Shown here one piece after another: positions 29,409 through 38,723 of a stretch of 64,000 nt of DNA. The first letter of the stretch is position 1; each line of letters starts with the position of its first letter. The translations under genes and the position numbers were made by a program. Below the pieces are notes generated by a model, which saw nothing but the letters and a program-made list of their open reading frames with translations, was not told the DNA's origin and did not search any database. This stretch comes from Kiritimatiellia bacterium (GTDB taxonomy: Bacteria > Verrucomicrobiota > Kiritimatiellia > RFP12 > UBA1067): positions 975 to 64,974 of the forward strand of contig JAGCVN010000069.1 of NCBI GenBank assembly GCA_017962315.1, in the 5' to 3' direction.

Positions 29409-30317
29409 TCACTCCACCGATTTCATCACCTTGACGATTGCCTCCTCAAGGAGGCGGACCCGGATTTCGGGCGTGCCCTCGCGATAACCGGCAAGGTAGG
29501 CAAGTCGGCCGCCATATGTGTTACCGTCCCCCCAGGCGGGGGCCCCGTCGGTCGTGATCACGCGCTTACCGCGTTCCAATGCCTCCGCCACAACCAGTCC
29601 GAAATTCTCGCTCAACGTCGGCAAAACCAATACGTCGCTCCACGCCCAGACCCTCTCTTTTTCTTCGCCAAATACACTGGAGACGGTTCTCAATTCAATT
29701 CTGCCCCACCCCGTCTGTCTATTTCCACAATTCCCCATTTTCACATTTCTTATCGATTCTTCCAGATATTCAAGTCCCTTCAGGGGATGCCGCCTGCCAA
29801 GATAGAGCAAATGCAGAGGCTCGTCTACTTTGCGTTCTTTGCTGCTGAATAACCCCCCGTCTCTCTTCTCCTGATTTCCCTGCCCCTTGGGGTTTAAATC
29901 AAAAAAACGTTTGATGTCGGTAATCTCGATCCTCGGACACCTCGCGCCAAGATACTCCTCGATCCATCCTTTCTCCGCCTCGCAAGTCGCCACGATACAT
30001 ACCGCTTTGCGAAGGAAGAACCGCTCGACAAACCCAGCCAGTTTTTTTTTCCACCCATGATAACGAAGCCGCACAGGATCGTAACTCGCCTCCGGCATCC
30101 ACTTGTATCGTTTTGCCCAAAAAGCCGCCCACCAGAGGCACGGCTTCCACGCGCAGTGGATCCACACCTCGTCCGTCGCACGCAGTTCCTTGATGCTCGC
30201 CCATGTCCTGCGGACGACCGAATGTCCCGCGGCCTCCTGCTCGCCCATCATCATCCGCGCGATGTTGGCTGCGCCATTGCTCTTCTCCCAACCGGCGCAG
30301 ATGTGGAGGATGGTCAC
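29409..30317 (-). CDS. glycosyltransferase family 4/1
   Basis: ORF 29409-30467. The GTG at 30317 forms a GTGA overlap with the upstream stop. Has LYLGRRHPLKG and PTLSENFGLVVAEALERGKRVITT (EX7E region). Contains an A9 run (30042-30050). Confidence 0.75.
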   Translation of the reverse strand: MTILHICAGWEKSNGAANIARMMMGEQEAAGHSVVRRTWASIKELRATDEVWIHCAWKPCLWWAAFWAKRYKWMPEASYDPVRLRYHGWKKKLAGFVERFFLRKAVCIVATCEAEKGWIEEYLGARCPRIEITDIKRFFDLNPKGQGNQEKRDGGLFSSKERKVDEPLHLLYLGRRHPLKGLEYLEESIRNVKMGNCGNRQTGWGRIELRTVSSVFGEEKERVWAWSDVLVLPTLSENFGLVVAEALERGKRVITTDGAPAWGDGNTYGGRLAYLAGYREGTPEIRVRLLEEAIVKVMKSVE

Positions 30318-30910
30318 GGCTTCACCCTCCAGCACATGCCGACCACCTCCACATTCTCCTTGCCGAACACCTCGTCGACGGCGCGCGTAACACCAAAACG
30401 CGGATTGGGGTTTCCGTAGTCGTGCCCGCAGACATTCGCGATTCCCCGCTCCTTCGCCCACTCGCATTCGGCCTTAACGTCCTCGTAGCGGTGACTGGCA
30501 TCGAAGAATATCATGTCGATACGCCCTGTTACCCTCGTCCGCCAATCTTCGCTGGAACAATTGACGATCTCCACCTTCGTGCCGCTCAATATCCTCCGCG
30601 TAAACGCTTCATGTACGTTCGGAGGGAGACCGAACGGATTCCAGCTAAAATTGTCCACGGCAAGCACACGTCCGCCAACAATCTTCCTGTCGAGTTCCCG
30701 CGCCGTCAATCCAAATAACGTACCGACTTCAACAACGGTCATGCCGGCGTTTTCCGTAGCCCAGTCACAGACGGCCTCAATCTCCTCGTCAGTCAAGCCG
30801 CCAAGTGCATCCAACGCCTCACTCTTTGCGTCATAGAGATAACCGAGCGTTGAACACGCCGTCTTGACGTCACGCCAATGGCATAGAAGCGACCATACTC
30901 TTCTAATCAT
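30314..30910 (-). CDS. class I SAM-dependent methyltransferase
   Basis: 198 aa with VVEVGTLFGLTA (motif I-like) and IFFDASHRYEDV. Confidence 0.65.
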   Translation of the reverse strand: MIRRVWSLLCHWRDVKTACSTLGYLYDAKSEALDALGGLTDEEIEAVCDWATENAGMTVVEVGTLFGLTARELDRKIVGGRVLAVDNFSWNPFGLPPNVHEAFTRRILSGTKVEIVNCSSEDWRTRVTGRIDMIFFDASHRYEDVKAECEWAKERGIANVCGHDYGNPNPRFGVTRAVDEVFGKENVEVVGMCWRVKP

Positions 30911-31853
30911 CGTTCTTGTTCCCCGTTACTGCATTGCAGATACCGACTACACGGTCTACCCATTTTCGGCAATCGTATTTTTCGGCGGTGCCTCTTCCCG
31001 CCGGTTGAAAACACCCATGTTCTGCATCCAACATAGCCCTTGCCATCGCCTCGGTATCTGCGTATTTAACTTTACGCGCACCGAGTTCATCAACATTCCC
31101 GCACCTGTCACTCGAGATCACCCTCAGCCCCGAAGCGGTAGCCTCCAATATGACTAACGGCCATGGATCGAATGAACTCGCAAGCACAAGGCACGCATGA
31201 TTCGCATAAAGGGAAGGCACGTCGGATGGCTGGATGAATTTTTCACCTCCATATATATCCAGATTCCAACTTCCTCCTAACTCACGGTAACGGGTATAGG
31301 CACGCACCAGTAAATCGATACGTTTCTCGGGAACATGGCGTCCGAGATACAAAAAACCACAAGAGGCGCACCGATGCGGGAAACGGTTTGTGTCAAGCGA
31401 AAACAAACCTGTATAAATCCGCGTGAAACCAAGCCATTTGGCGTATCGAGCCGCAGATTCTCCCGGAACAAAAGCCGCATTAAACCTTGCTAAATAGCGA
31501 GCCAATACCCAGCGGGCACAAATGCAACGAAGCCGCCAACGCCACGGCATATCGAAACAACATATTTTTGGAACACCTTGTAGATTCTGCGAGCCAACCA
31601 GTTTTCTAACCGATTTTGAACGCCAACCTACCGCAAACACAGTATCGGGAATCCAAGAGCCTAAATCAATTGGCGTCCCATCATCGATCATGTGAACATC
31701 TAACCCTGAAAAAAGTTTTTCAGCTTCGATCTCCCGCCCAGATGAGTGGCGCACAATGAAGATCCGGGAATCCGCATATTTCCGCTTTGCAAATTCGCGC
31801 CAGCAATCCACCATGTAGCTGGTCACACCGGTCCAAACGAACAACACCTTCAT
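30903..31853 (-). CDS. glycosyltransferase family 4/1
   Basis: ORF 30903-31913. The ATG at 31853 lies 1 nt after the upstream stop (MKVLFVWTG...). Has LYLGRHVPEKR and VILEATASGLRVISSD. Confidence 0.75.
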   Translation of the reverse strand: MKVLFVWTGVTSYMVDCWREFAKRKYADSRIFIVRHSSGREIEAEKLFSGLDVHMIDDGTPIDLGSWIPDTVFAVGWRSKSVRKLVGSQNLQGVPKICCFDMPWRWRLRCICARWVLARYLARFNAAFVPGESAARYAKWLGFTRIYTGLFSLDTNRFPHRCASCGFLYLGRHVPEKRIDLLVRAYTRYRELGGSWNLDIYGGEKFIQPSDVPSLYANHACLVLASSFDPWPLVILEATASGLRVISSDRCGNVDELGARKVKYADTEAMARAMLDAEHGCFQPAGRGTAEKYDCRKWVDRVVGICNAVTGNKNDD

Positions 31854-31854
31854 A

Positions 31855-32631
31855 TTAAACCAGCCCGTCCCTCTCAATACAGCGGATTCCCTTGCCACGG
31901 AACCGTATTCCATCCATTAACTGCCGGACTATATTGCCATTTAGAACGCGCCAAATGCGGGAAAGGGAATCTCCCCAATGATTCATCTCAAACTTATTCT
32001 TCTTTGCCATGCCACGTATTTCACACCAATGCTTCTTTAGCTCTTCAGGCGGAACTCTTCTTTGCGTCTTACTCCCGTTCCATTGTCTCTGTGACCAAAG
32101 ATACGCATCAAGTCGTTTATACCTCGCACCGCCTCTCATGAATCTGATCCATAGATCCCAATCCATGCAATATTCAAGCGTGGTGTCAAACCCGCCCGTC
32201 CGTTCCAGAAGTTCGCATCGGAAAAAGGAACTCGGACCGTATACATGCGGCACCGCGTGGCGATACATCCAGTCATGCCATCCCGGTCCGACAGAACATT
32301 TCAGGACATTCCCCTTCCCGTCAATCAACAGCTGGTTTCCCGTTATCCATTCGACACGGCCTTCAGCCTCCGTCAGGCACCTCACCTTCTTTAACGCCCC
32401 CGGAAGAAGAAGATCGTCCGCGTTCAGCCAAAAAAACCATTGCCCCTTCGCTTTTGCGAAACCTTTGTTCAAGGCATCCGATTGTCCCGCGTCTGGCTCG
32501 ATGTCACCGTCTTGGACGATTACTTCCAGACTGTCGCCTATCCCTTGCATCGACAAACTAGCAAGAGCCTCGTCCAAGTACGGACGAGGCCCTTTCACGG
32601 GAACGACACAACTAAACAACGGCGTATTCAT
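31855..32631 (-). CDS. glycosyltransferase family 2
   Basis: 258 aa with FSCVVPVKGPRPYLDEAL, QDGD and WLNADDLL (DXD-like). Confidence 0.75.
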   Translation of the reverse strand: MNTPLFSCVVPVKGPRPYLDEALASLSMQGIGDSLEVIVQDGDIEPDAGQSDALNKGFAKAKGQWFFWLNADDLLLPGALKKVRCLTEAEGRVEWITGNQLLIDGKGNVLKCSVGPGWHDWMYRHAVPHVYGPSSFFRCELLERTGGFDTTLEYCMDWDLWIRFMRGGARYKRLDAYLWSQRQWNGSKTQRRVPPEELKKHWCEIRGMAKKNKFEMNHWGDSLSRIWRVLNGNIVRQLMDGIRFRGKGIRCIERDGLV

Positions 32632-32658
32632 CTACGGTTTTATCCCTGCTGAATCGCA

Positions 32659-33648
32659 TCAGCTTCCTGACACTTTGACGGACAAACGGATAGCTTCTTC
32701 AAGATCGATTTTTATGTTTACCCCCAACTCCGATTTCGCCCTTTCAACAACAGGAACATATACCGACGGACGTTGAGCAGTCGCCTCGCCTTTGATGCAA
32801 ATCGCATTCCCCGTTTCCAAAACCGCCCTGACCTTGTCAGCCAGTTCTTTAATCGGCAACGCGACATCCGAACCGACATTGTACGGTCTGCCCGACACTC
32901 CTTTTTCTAAAACGGCAAACAACCACTCAACTAAATCATCGGCATAAAGGTAACTGCGATATGGCGTTCCGTCCCCGTTGATGACGATGGGCTTCCCGTC
33001 TAAACAGTTCTGAATGAAGTTACCGATGGCGTAGTGAATGCCGCGATTGAGATACGGTCCGACGAAGGCGAAACAACGCGCAAGTTTCACGTCAAGGCCT
33101 GCATCGACAAGTAGCCGTTCCACCGCCAGTTTCCCCTTCCCGTAGGCCGTGGCGGGTTCGCACGCATCGTCCTCCGCCGCCGGTGCGACCCTTGGTCCAT
33201 ACACCGCGCCCGAACTTGTGAAGAGAATCTTGTCACATTCAGCCGTTCTCGCAAACTCCATCACGTGTTGCGCGCCGTCCATGATTACGCTCGTCATTTC
33301 AGCATCCGAAAGCGTGGTGACGGCACTTGTAGCGGCATGGATGATGGCATCGAAAGAGCCGGAGGGAAAAGCAAAGTCTCTCACATCGCCGGCGACGAAC
33401 GAAACACCCGGCTGATTCACGAGGCAAGCATGCTCCGCCGCGAAACGTTCGGGCGAACGCGAAAGAATCACCCATTCAGCCTTTGCCCACGGCCATTCGG
33501 GATGGCGAAGACGGTAGTCGAGCATCGACTTGCCGAAGAATCCCGTGCCGCCGGTGATGAAGAGGCGCTTTGGACCTATTTGGCCGATTTCAGATCGACC
33601 ATCAAATCTATTGCGGCTTGCTGCATCTGGGCTTACTGCGCGATTCAT
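32659..33648 (-). CDS. NAD(P)-dependent sugar epimerase/reductase (extended SDR) with an unusual N-terminal extension
   Basis: 329 aa with FITGGTGFFGKS and YGKGK (YxxxK). The first ~25 aa (..NRFDGRSEIGQIGPK) are encoded by a repeat copy also found inside the upstream gene. ATGA overlap with the upstream gene. Confidence 0.75.
   Translation of the reverse strand: MNRAVSPDAASRNRFDGRSEIGQIGPKRLFITGGTGFFGKSMLDYRLRHPEWPWAKAEWVILSRSPERFAAEHACLVNQPGVSFVAGDVRDFAFPSGSFDAIIHAATSAVTTLSDAEMTSVIMDGAQHVMEFARTAECDKILFTSSGAVYGPRVAPAAEDDACEPATAYGKGKLAVERLLVDAGLDVKLARCFAFVGPYLNRGIHYAIGNFIQNCLDGKPIVINGDGTPYRSYLYADDLVEWLFAVLEKGVSGRPYNVGSDVALPIKELADKVRAVLETGNAICIKGEATAQRPSVYVPVVERAKSELGVNIKIDLEEAIRLSVKVSGS
33572..33609. 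repeat. 38-nt repeat copy 1 (REP-like)
   Basis: GGACCTATTTGGCCGATTTCAGATCGACCATCAAATCT matches 34297-34334 at 28 of 38 positions (hand alignment). Confidence 0.6.
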
Positions 33649-34754
33649 GCCACGCCTCCAGCATACTTGATGGCCGAGCCGCGATCGGCCAATCTATGCG
33701 GCCCATCGGCCTTCCAGTAGAGAGCCAGCCCTTCGCCGGCCGTGGCGATTTCGATGATCTCGGCGTTGATGCCGCGGCAGGCGCACCGCCCGAATTCTAC
33801 CTCATCGTTACCTTGGGCGATCTCAAGATAGCGCCCTTCGGCGAAAGGCGCCACGTAGCGGCTCTCCGGTCGAAAGCGCCGATTGGGAATGCACGATGGC
33901 AGAATACGGATGAAACGCGCATCGCTCCTCCGGCATAGCATATCGCGCACTGCCTGCTCGCCCTTAGAGATGAAGCCTGATATGATGATGTAACCTTGGG
34001 AAACTGCATTTTCAATCCGCGCAAGCATCTTGTCCATTGCCGTGCCCTGTACTTGGCGCGAAATGCGCAGCGAAAGAAGCTTTTCCGCCGGATCAAGCAA
34101 GGCGAGGTTGCCCACGCCCTTCCAATACGTGCCGGCATCGAGGCGTGGCAGAAATAACGGCTCGATCACGCGAAGCGCACCCTCCACGCCATACATCAGC
34201 TCCCACTTGATCGGGTTGTAGGCGATGTAGCGCTCGGTCGCATCGATCATCTCGCGCGAAAGCAGGATATAATCATGGTAGCCCTGCTGCCATAATTGGC
34301 CTATTTGTCCAAACACAGTTTGGCCATCAAATCTAGATGCCTCATCTATTCCCTCGCGGCCATCAAACCTATCATATCCCAGCCCGCCCCCTCCCGATTT
34401 GATGGCCAAGCTAAGCTTGGCCAATTTAGTGGTATAATTCTTGAACCGCCTGATTGCGTTGCCAAGCGCCTCCAGCGGCTCGCAAAGCCCCGGCTGGAGG
34501 GCGCAGTTGAAATGCACGTGATCCGGCATCACCCCATAGCCGAAAAGCAGAATACCGGGATTGAGCCGAGGTATCGCCTCAAGCGCCTCTTTCACCTTCT
34601 CGCCCAGCGATGAAAGCACCACGGTGCCGCCCTGCACCAGGCCGAAAAGCGCTCTTCGCGGCGCGGTGGCAAGGGTGATGAAAAGCGAAGCCCCCTTCGC
34701 ATAATCCCACCCCTTGAACCGCCGGTAGCGCTTTATCTCGCCGCTTTTCGCCAT
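33645..34754 (-). CDS. fusion protein: N-terminal IS200/Y1 HUH (RAYT-like) domain plus an uncharacterised C-terminal domain
   Basis: 369 aa. HUH motif in GVMPDHVHF. Also RRFKNYTTK, LWQQGYHDYIL and the Tyr motif RYIAYNPIKW. The C-terminal ~175 aa (SLRISRQ...IIISGFISKGEQAV...) has a Rossmann-like alternation but I do not recognise the family. Confidence 0.5.
   Translation of the reverse strand: MAKSGEIKRYRRFKGWDYAKGASLFITLATAPRRALFGLVQGGTVVLSSLGEKVKEALEAIPRLNPGILLFGYGVMPDHVHFNCALQPGLCEPLEALGNAIRRFKNYTTKLAKLSLAIKSGGGGLGYDRFDGREGIDEASRFDGQTVFGQIGQLWQQGYHDYILLSREMIDATERYIAYNPIKWELMYGVEGALRVIEPLFLPRLDAGTYWKGVGNLALLDPAEKLLSLRISRQVQGTAMDKMLARIENAVSQGYIIISGFISKGEQAVRDMLCRRSDARFIRILPSCIPNRRFRPESRYVAPFAEGRYLEIAQGNDEVEFGRCACRGINAEIIEIATAGEGLALYWKADGPHRLADRGSAIKYAGGVA
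34297..34334. repeat. 38-nt repeat copy 2 (REP-like), inside the RAYT-like gene
   Basis: TGGCCTATTTGTCCAAACACAGTTTGGCCATCAAATCT. See copy 1 at 33572-33609. Confidence 0.6.
34320..34409. repeat. perfect 14-bp inverted repeat with 62-nt spacer inside the RAYT-like gene
   Basis: TTGGCCATCAAATC (34320-34333) and GATTTGATGGCCAA (34396-34409). A third partial copy, GGCCATCAAACCT, lies at 34358-34370. Confidence 0.75.
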
Positions 34755-34794
34755 TCACTTCCCTATAGTTGACGGCCGAACTAAATTTGGGCAG

Positions 34795-35574
34795 TCAGCC
34801 ATTCAAGCGCTTTTCAAGCATCGCGATACGCGATTCGTCTTCTACCTGAACTCTGGAATGATAACGGCGCTTGCTTTTCAGCCACAGCAATTCAAACTCA
34901 AGGGCCTTTTTGAATATCGCCTCCCCGTTGTCGATGGCATCCGGGACGAACACGACCTTGCGCGTCTCGAAATTGTCGATCAGTCCTTCGTCCCGAAGCG
35001 TTCCAAGGAATCCGAGGGACTTCGCCGAGATTGCGCCGCCTACCGCCGTCTTCAGCCCCTTGGCGCGCGCCTGCGAAAATGTATCACGGGCGATTTCAAG
35101 GAACCTCGGTCCATCGACCGCGCTGCGGTCGCAACCCAGCGAACCGGCAAGGTCAACACGCCCGATGGTGACACCCTGAATCATGGACAGCAGCGGCGTC
35201 TCCATCATCTTCGGGAAATTCTCATACGCGGTTATCGTCTCCATGTTGAAGTAGAAGTCGATGTCCTTGGCGTTGTCCTTGGCGACCATGTTGTCGATCA
35301 TCTTCTCGTACTTGTACAGCGCGTACGGCGTCTCCACCATGGGGGCCACGATAGACGCAACGCCCACGGAAAGACAGTGGTACACGTCGGTGACCGACTC
35401 CGCGCCGCCGATTTTCATCACGATCGGCAACCCTACGGCGCAGGTTACGTCCTTCAGGCGCATCAACTCCTCCATGCGTGTACCTTCAGCCTCGAATTCG
35501 GCCTTGATCTTCACGCATCCGAGGCTTTTGAGCGCATTCAGGATGTCGATCATTTCATGTTCCATCACATTCAT
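34795..35574 (-). CDS. HpcH/HpaI-type aldolase / PEP-utilising TIM-barrel family protein
   Basis: 259 aa with KAEFEAEGT, IVAPMVETPYAL and GRVDLAGSLG. 1-nt TAATG overlap with the upstream HAD gene. Confidence 0.55.
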   Translation of the reverse strand: MNVMEHEMIDILNALKSLGCVKIKAEFEAEGTRMEELMRLKDVTCAVGLPIVMKIGGAESVTDVYHCLSVGVASIVAPMVETPYALYKYEKMIDNMVAKDNAKDIDFYFNMETITAYENFPKMMETPLLSMIQGVTIGRVDLAGSLGCDRSAVDGPRFLEIARDTFSQARAKGLKTAVGGAISAKSLGFLGTLRDEGLIDNFETRKVVFVPDAIDNGEAIFKKALEFELLWLKSKRRYHSRVQVEDESRIAMLEKRLNG

Positions 35575-36227
35575 TAGGAAATACCTCCTTTGTTTGGATT
35601 ATCCAGAATCTCAGACAGTGAAATTATAACATCCGGGCTGGCGTCCTGCAACTGGTCCCTAGAGGCGTACCCCCAGTCGCATGCGACCGTGAACGTTCCG
35701 GCATCCTTCCCCGCCGCAACGTCTTCCGGCGTATCGCCGACCATCGCCGCCGTCGCCGGCGCAATGCCAAATCGTTCGAGAGCCAATCTCAACATGGTCG
35801 GCTTTGTCGGCACATCGAGCGCAAAGGAATCGGAACCGAGAACCATCTTGAACAGGCTCTCCCAGTCATGACGGCGAACGAGCATCTCCGTAGGACCGAG
35901 ACGCTTATTCGTCAACGTGTAGAGGGCGTGTCCGGCTTCCGCGAGGCGGCGAAGCCATCCGTCCACCCCCGGATAGGGCAACGTGTTCCGAAGCGGAGAG
36001 GTATCGTAGTGCCGCTTAAACACAGGAACGATCTTCGTGGCGAGACCGGCACCGGGAAAAAGCATTTCGGTCATCGCCTGAAGCGACGGGCCGACGCGAA
36101 ACACGCGCTCGAACTGCGGACAGTCTAGCCGCAGTTCCGCCAACGTCGCGCGCCATGCGCCGCGTATGTCTTCCTCGGAGCGGAACAGGGTGCCGTCAAG
36201 GTCGATGAATATGTGCTTCGGAAACAT
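35574..36227 (-). CDS. HAD-superfamily hydrolase
   Basis: 217 aa with IFIDLDGTLF (motif I), LTNK and MVGDTPEDV. Confidence 0.7.
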   Translation of the reverse strand: MFPKHIFIDLDGTLFRSEEDIRGAWRATLAELRLDCPQFERVFRVGPSLQAMTEMLFPGAGLATKIVPVFKRHYDTSPLRNTLPYPGVDGWLRRLAEAGHALYTLTNKRLGPTEMLVRRHDWESLFKMVLGSDSFALDVPTKPTMLRLALERFGIAPATAAMVGDTPEDVAAGKDAGTFTVACDWGYASRDQLQDASPDVIISLSEILDNPNKGGIS

Positions 36228-36230
36228 GCC

Positions 36231-38000
36231 TCAGTCGCCAATCGTGTTACGCCGCAGCTCCTCGCGGTCCAGGAAGGGGAACATGTCCTCAAGCGAAGGC
36301 GACTCCATGCTACCGTCGGGATTCCGCCTTGCGGAGAGTTTTGGAGCGAAGGTTATGGACGACGGGATTCGCACGATTCCGAACGAAGGTCCATCCTCCA
36401 CAAGGAACGCAGACACCTTTTCGCGTAGATCAGTATGCGAATCGAACACGGCGGTCCGGAAACCGAAGGCTGCGGCAACCTTCTCGAAGTCGGGCAGGCC
36501 GACGCCACTGGCAGGACCGCATCCGATCAAGTCTTTGCTGAACAGATTCGTCTGCGTCTGCCGAATCGAGGAATATCCGTCGTTTGCGAGGAGGAATAGC
36601 TTGACGGGCAGGCGATGGTAGATGATCGTCTCCAACTCCTGAATGTTCATCATCGCGCTACCGTCGCCGGCTATGCAGACCGTCAGGCGATCCGTCGCGA
36701 CAGCCGCCCCGACTGCGGCAGGGATGTCGTAACCCATCGACGCGCATCCCGAATTCCAGAATATCTTCTGCCCGCGCTTTGAAATGCAAGTCTGGAAGAG
36801 CGCCACACAGGCGGTGCCGTTCCCTGCGACGATGTTTGCGTCGGCAGGACATGCCGCCGTCATTTCATGGAAGAAATGGTACGGATTCACGCCACCCTCG
36901 CAGGTCATCTGATCCGGCGTGTGCGGCGGGTATTTCCGCCGCATCTCCTCGCACCATGCGAGCCATTCGGGACGGCGGCAATCCATGTCCCTTGCCACCC
37001 ATGCGCGAATAAAATCGGCGGCAGAACAGCAAATGGCAAGGTCTGGCCTCACCGTCGGTTTGGCAAGTTCAGCGGGATCGATGTCCACGACGATTTTCTT
37101 CGCCCGCTTCCCGAAGTTCTCCCAGTTGTAACTAACCTGCCGGATGTTGTTCCGGCTTCCAATGGAGATGATCAAATCGGCGTTCTGCAGGATGAAGTTG
37201 GCCGCCCGCTGTCCGATTGTACCGATCCGACCGAATGAGAGCGGATGGTCTGATGGAATGACGTTCATTCCGCAGAACGTGGAAAGCACCGGCAGCCCGA
37301 ACTTCTCTGCCAACGCCACGAGCTCGTCCTCCACGCGGTCAAGTTCAATTCCATGTCCCGCGATGATGACGGGGCGCCCGCTTGCCGCCGCAAGCGACGC
37401 GACCGCCTCCATCTCCGTGCCATTCCAAGCAGGCTTCCGCCCCTCCTCCATCTGCACAGGAATCGGTTCCTCAAGCGGAGCCCCCTGAACATTCAACGGC
37501 ACGTCAAGCCACACGGGGCCAGGTCTTCCGGATGTCGCAATCGCAACCGCCTTTTCAAGCTCACGGCAAATCTGGCCCGGCTCCGTGACCATCATGGCGT
37601 ATTTCGTGACGGGACGCACCATGTCGATGATGTTTATCTCCTGGTCGCCAAGCTGACGAAGCGGGACTTCGGGACACGACGCGATTGTAGTTGCGTACTT
37701 AACCTGCCCGGAAATGACGATCATCGGGATCGAATCAAGCCATGCACCAATGACACCGGTAAGCGCGTTCGTCCCTCCTGGCCCCGTCGTGACGGAGACA
37801 ACCGGCAAACGCCCGCTTGCTCGATAATACCCCTCCGCCGCAATCGCGCATGCCTGCTCGTGGTGGCAGCACACCGGCTTGATGCGCTTCTCCAGACGAA
37901 GTGCGTCGTTAAGCTGCATCGCACCACCGCCGGTCACGAGGAAACAGTGGCGAACACCCTTGTCGGCCAACGTCTTGAAGATGTAGTCTGCAACTCGCAT
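36231..38000 (-). CDS. thiamine-diphosphate enzyme of the acetolactate-synthase large-subunit family (YerE-like candidate)
   Basis: 589 aa with three-domain ALS architecture. N-terminal VTGGGAMQLNDAL and the ThDP motif IAGDGSAMMNIQELETI...NDGY. Confidence 0.75.
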   Translation of the reverse strand: MRVADYIFKTLADKGVRHCFLVTGGGAMQLNDALRLEKRIKPVCCHHEQACAIAAEGYYRASGRLPVVSVTTGPGGTNALTGVIGAWLDSIPMIVISGQVKYATTIASCPEVPLRQLGDQEINIIDMVRPVTKYAMMVTEPGQICRELEKAVAIATSGRPGPVWLDVPLNVQGAPLEEPIPVQMEEGRKPAWNGTEMEAVASLAAASGRPVIIAGHGIELDRVEDELVALAEKFGLPVLSTFCGMNVIPSDHPLSFGRIGTIGQRAANFILQNADLIISIGSRNNIRQVSYNWENFGKRAKKIVVDIDPAELAKPTVRPDLAICCSAADFIRAWVARDMDCRRPEWLAWCEEMRRKYPPHTPDQMTCEGGVNPYHFFHEMTAACPADANIVAGNGTACVALFQTCISKRGQKIFWNSGCASMGYDIPAAVGAAVATDRLTVCIAGDGSAMMNIQELETIIYHRLPVKLFLLANDGYSSIRQTQTNLFSKDLIGCGPASGVGLPDFEKVAAAFGFRTAVFDSHTDLREKVSAFLVEDGPSFGIVRIPSSITFAPKLSARRNPDGSMESPSLEDMFPFLDREELRRNTIGD

Positions 38001-38013
38001 GATCGTTCCTTCG

Positions 38014-38421
38014 TTAAAATTGCGAATCTGGAGCCTTGAAAAGACGGTGCTTCAAGGCACATTCGTCGAAAGTCGCCGTGACGGGCGCCCCATGCGCCTT
38101 GTTGATCTGGGCGATGTAGTAATCGGAGAAATCTGCGTCTCCCTCGTCAAAGTCGTAGTAGGCGCGCCATGCGCTGTCTCGGTTCTCGATCTCAAGAACC
38201 TCCGTTTCAAGAATCGACTTCACAACGGCGAGAAGCTGTTCCTTCGGCTGCCGGTACGCCCTCTTCAACACCCACAGGACCTCACACAGGACAACCGACG
38301 AGACGAACCCCTTGCACTCAAGCGCCAGCTTCGTCTCGATCAATCGGGCGGCGATACGCGACTGTGCCGAATCATCCTGAACAATGAAGCGTACGAGAAC
38401 ATTCGTGTCAAGGCCGATCAT
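38014..38421 (-). CDS. vapC: PIN-domain toxin
   Basis: 135 aa with MIGLDTNVLVRF (first acidic residue) and the later D/E positions. ATGA overlap with the upstream antitoxin. Confidence 0.8.
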   Translation of the reverse strand: MIGLDTNVLVRFIVQDDSAQSRIAARLIETKLALECKGFVSSVVLCEVLWVLKRAYRQPKEQLLAVVKSILETEVLEIENRDSAWRAYYDFDEGDADFSDYYIAQINKAHGAPVTATFDECALKHRLFKAPDSQF

Positions 38422-38651
38422 TTAGCGGCCTCCGTGGCTATGGCATCATCCATTTCAGCCAGCGTCACCGGCTGCCCGCTCCATTTGACAATTCCCTTCA
38501 GCGCCCCCACGGAGCCCCTTCTGGGAATCATCTCGACACGATCCGATTCAAAGATGACAAATTCAATCCGATCCCCGGTGTTAAGCCGAAGCCGATTTCT
38601 GATTTCAACAGGTATCGTAACCTGCCCCTTTGAAGACAACGTCGTATACAT
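38418..38651 (-). CDS. vapB: AbrB/SpoVT-type antitoxin
   Basis: ORF 38418-38714. The ATG at 38651 gives MYTTLSSKGQVTIPVEIRNRL, a swapped-hairpin motif. Confidence 0.75.
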   Translation of the reverse strand: MYTTLSSKGQVTIPVEIRNRLRLNTGDRIEFVIFESDRVEMIPRRGSVGALKGIVKWSGQPVTLAEMDDAIATEAAK

Positions 38652-38723
38652 GGCGGCCACTCCTTCAAGTGCGGCAGTATGATAACATTTCTTTACCACC
38701 AAGTAAAGCGTCAAATCAAAGAA

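Noticed and set aside
33645-34754. An active IS200/IS605 element
   Set aside because: There is no tnpB, no recognisable element ends and no second copy in the window. The gene is fused to another domain and translationally coupled to neighbours, so it looks domesticated rather than mobile.
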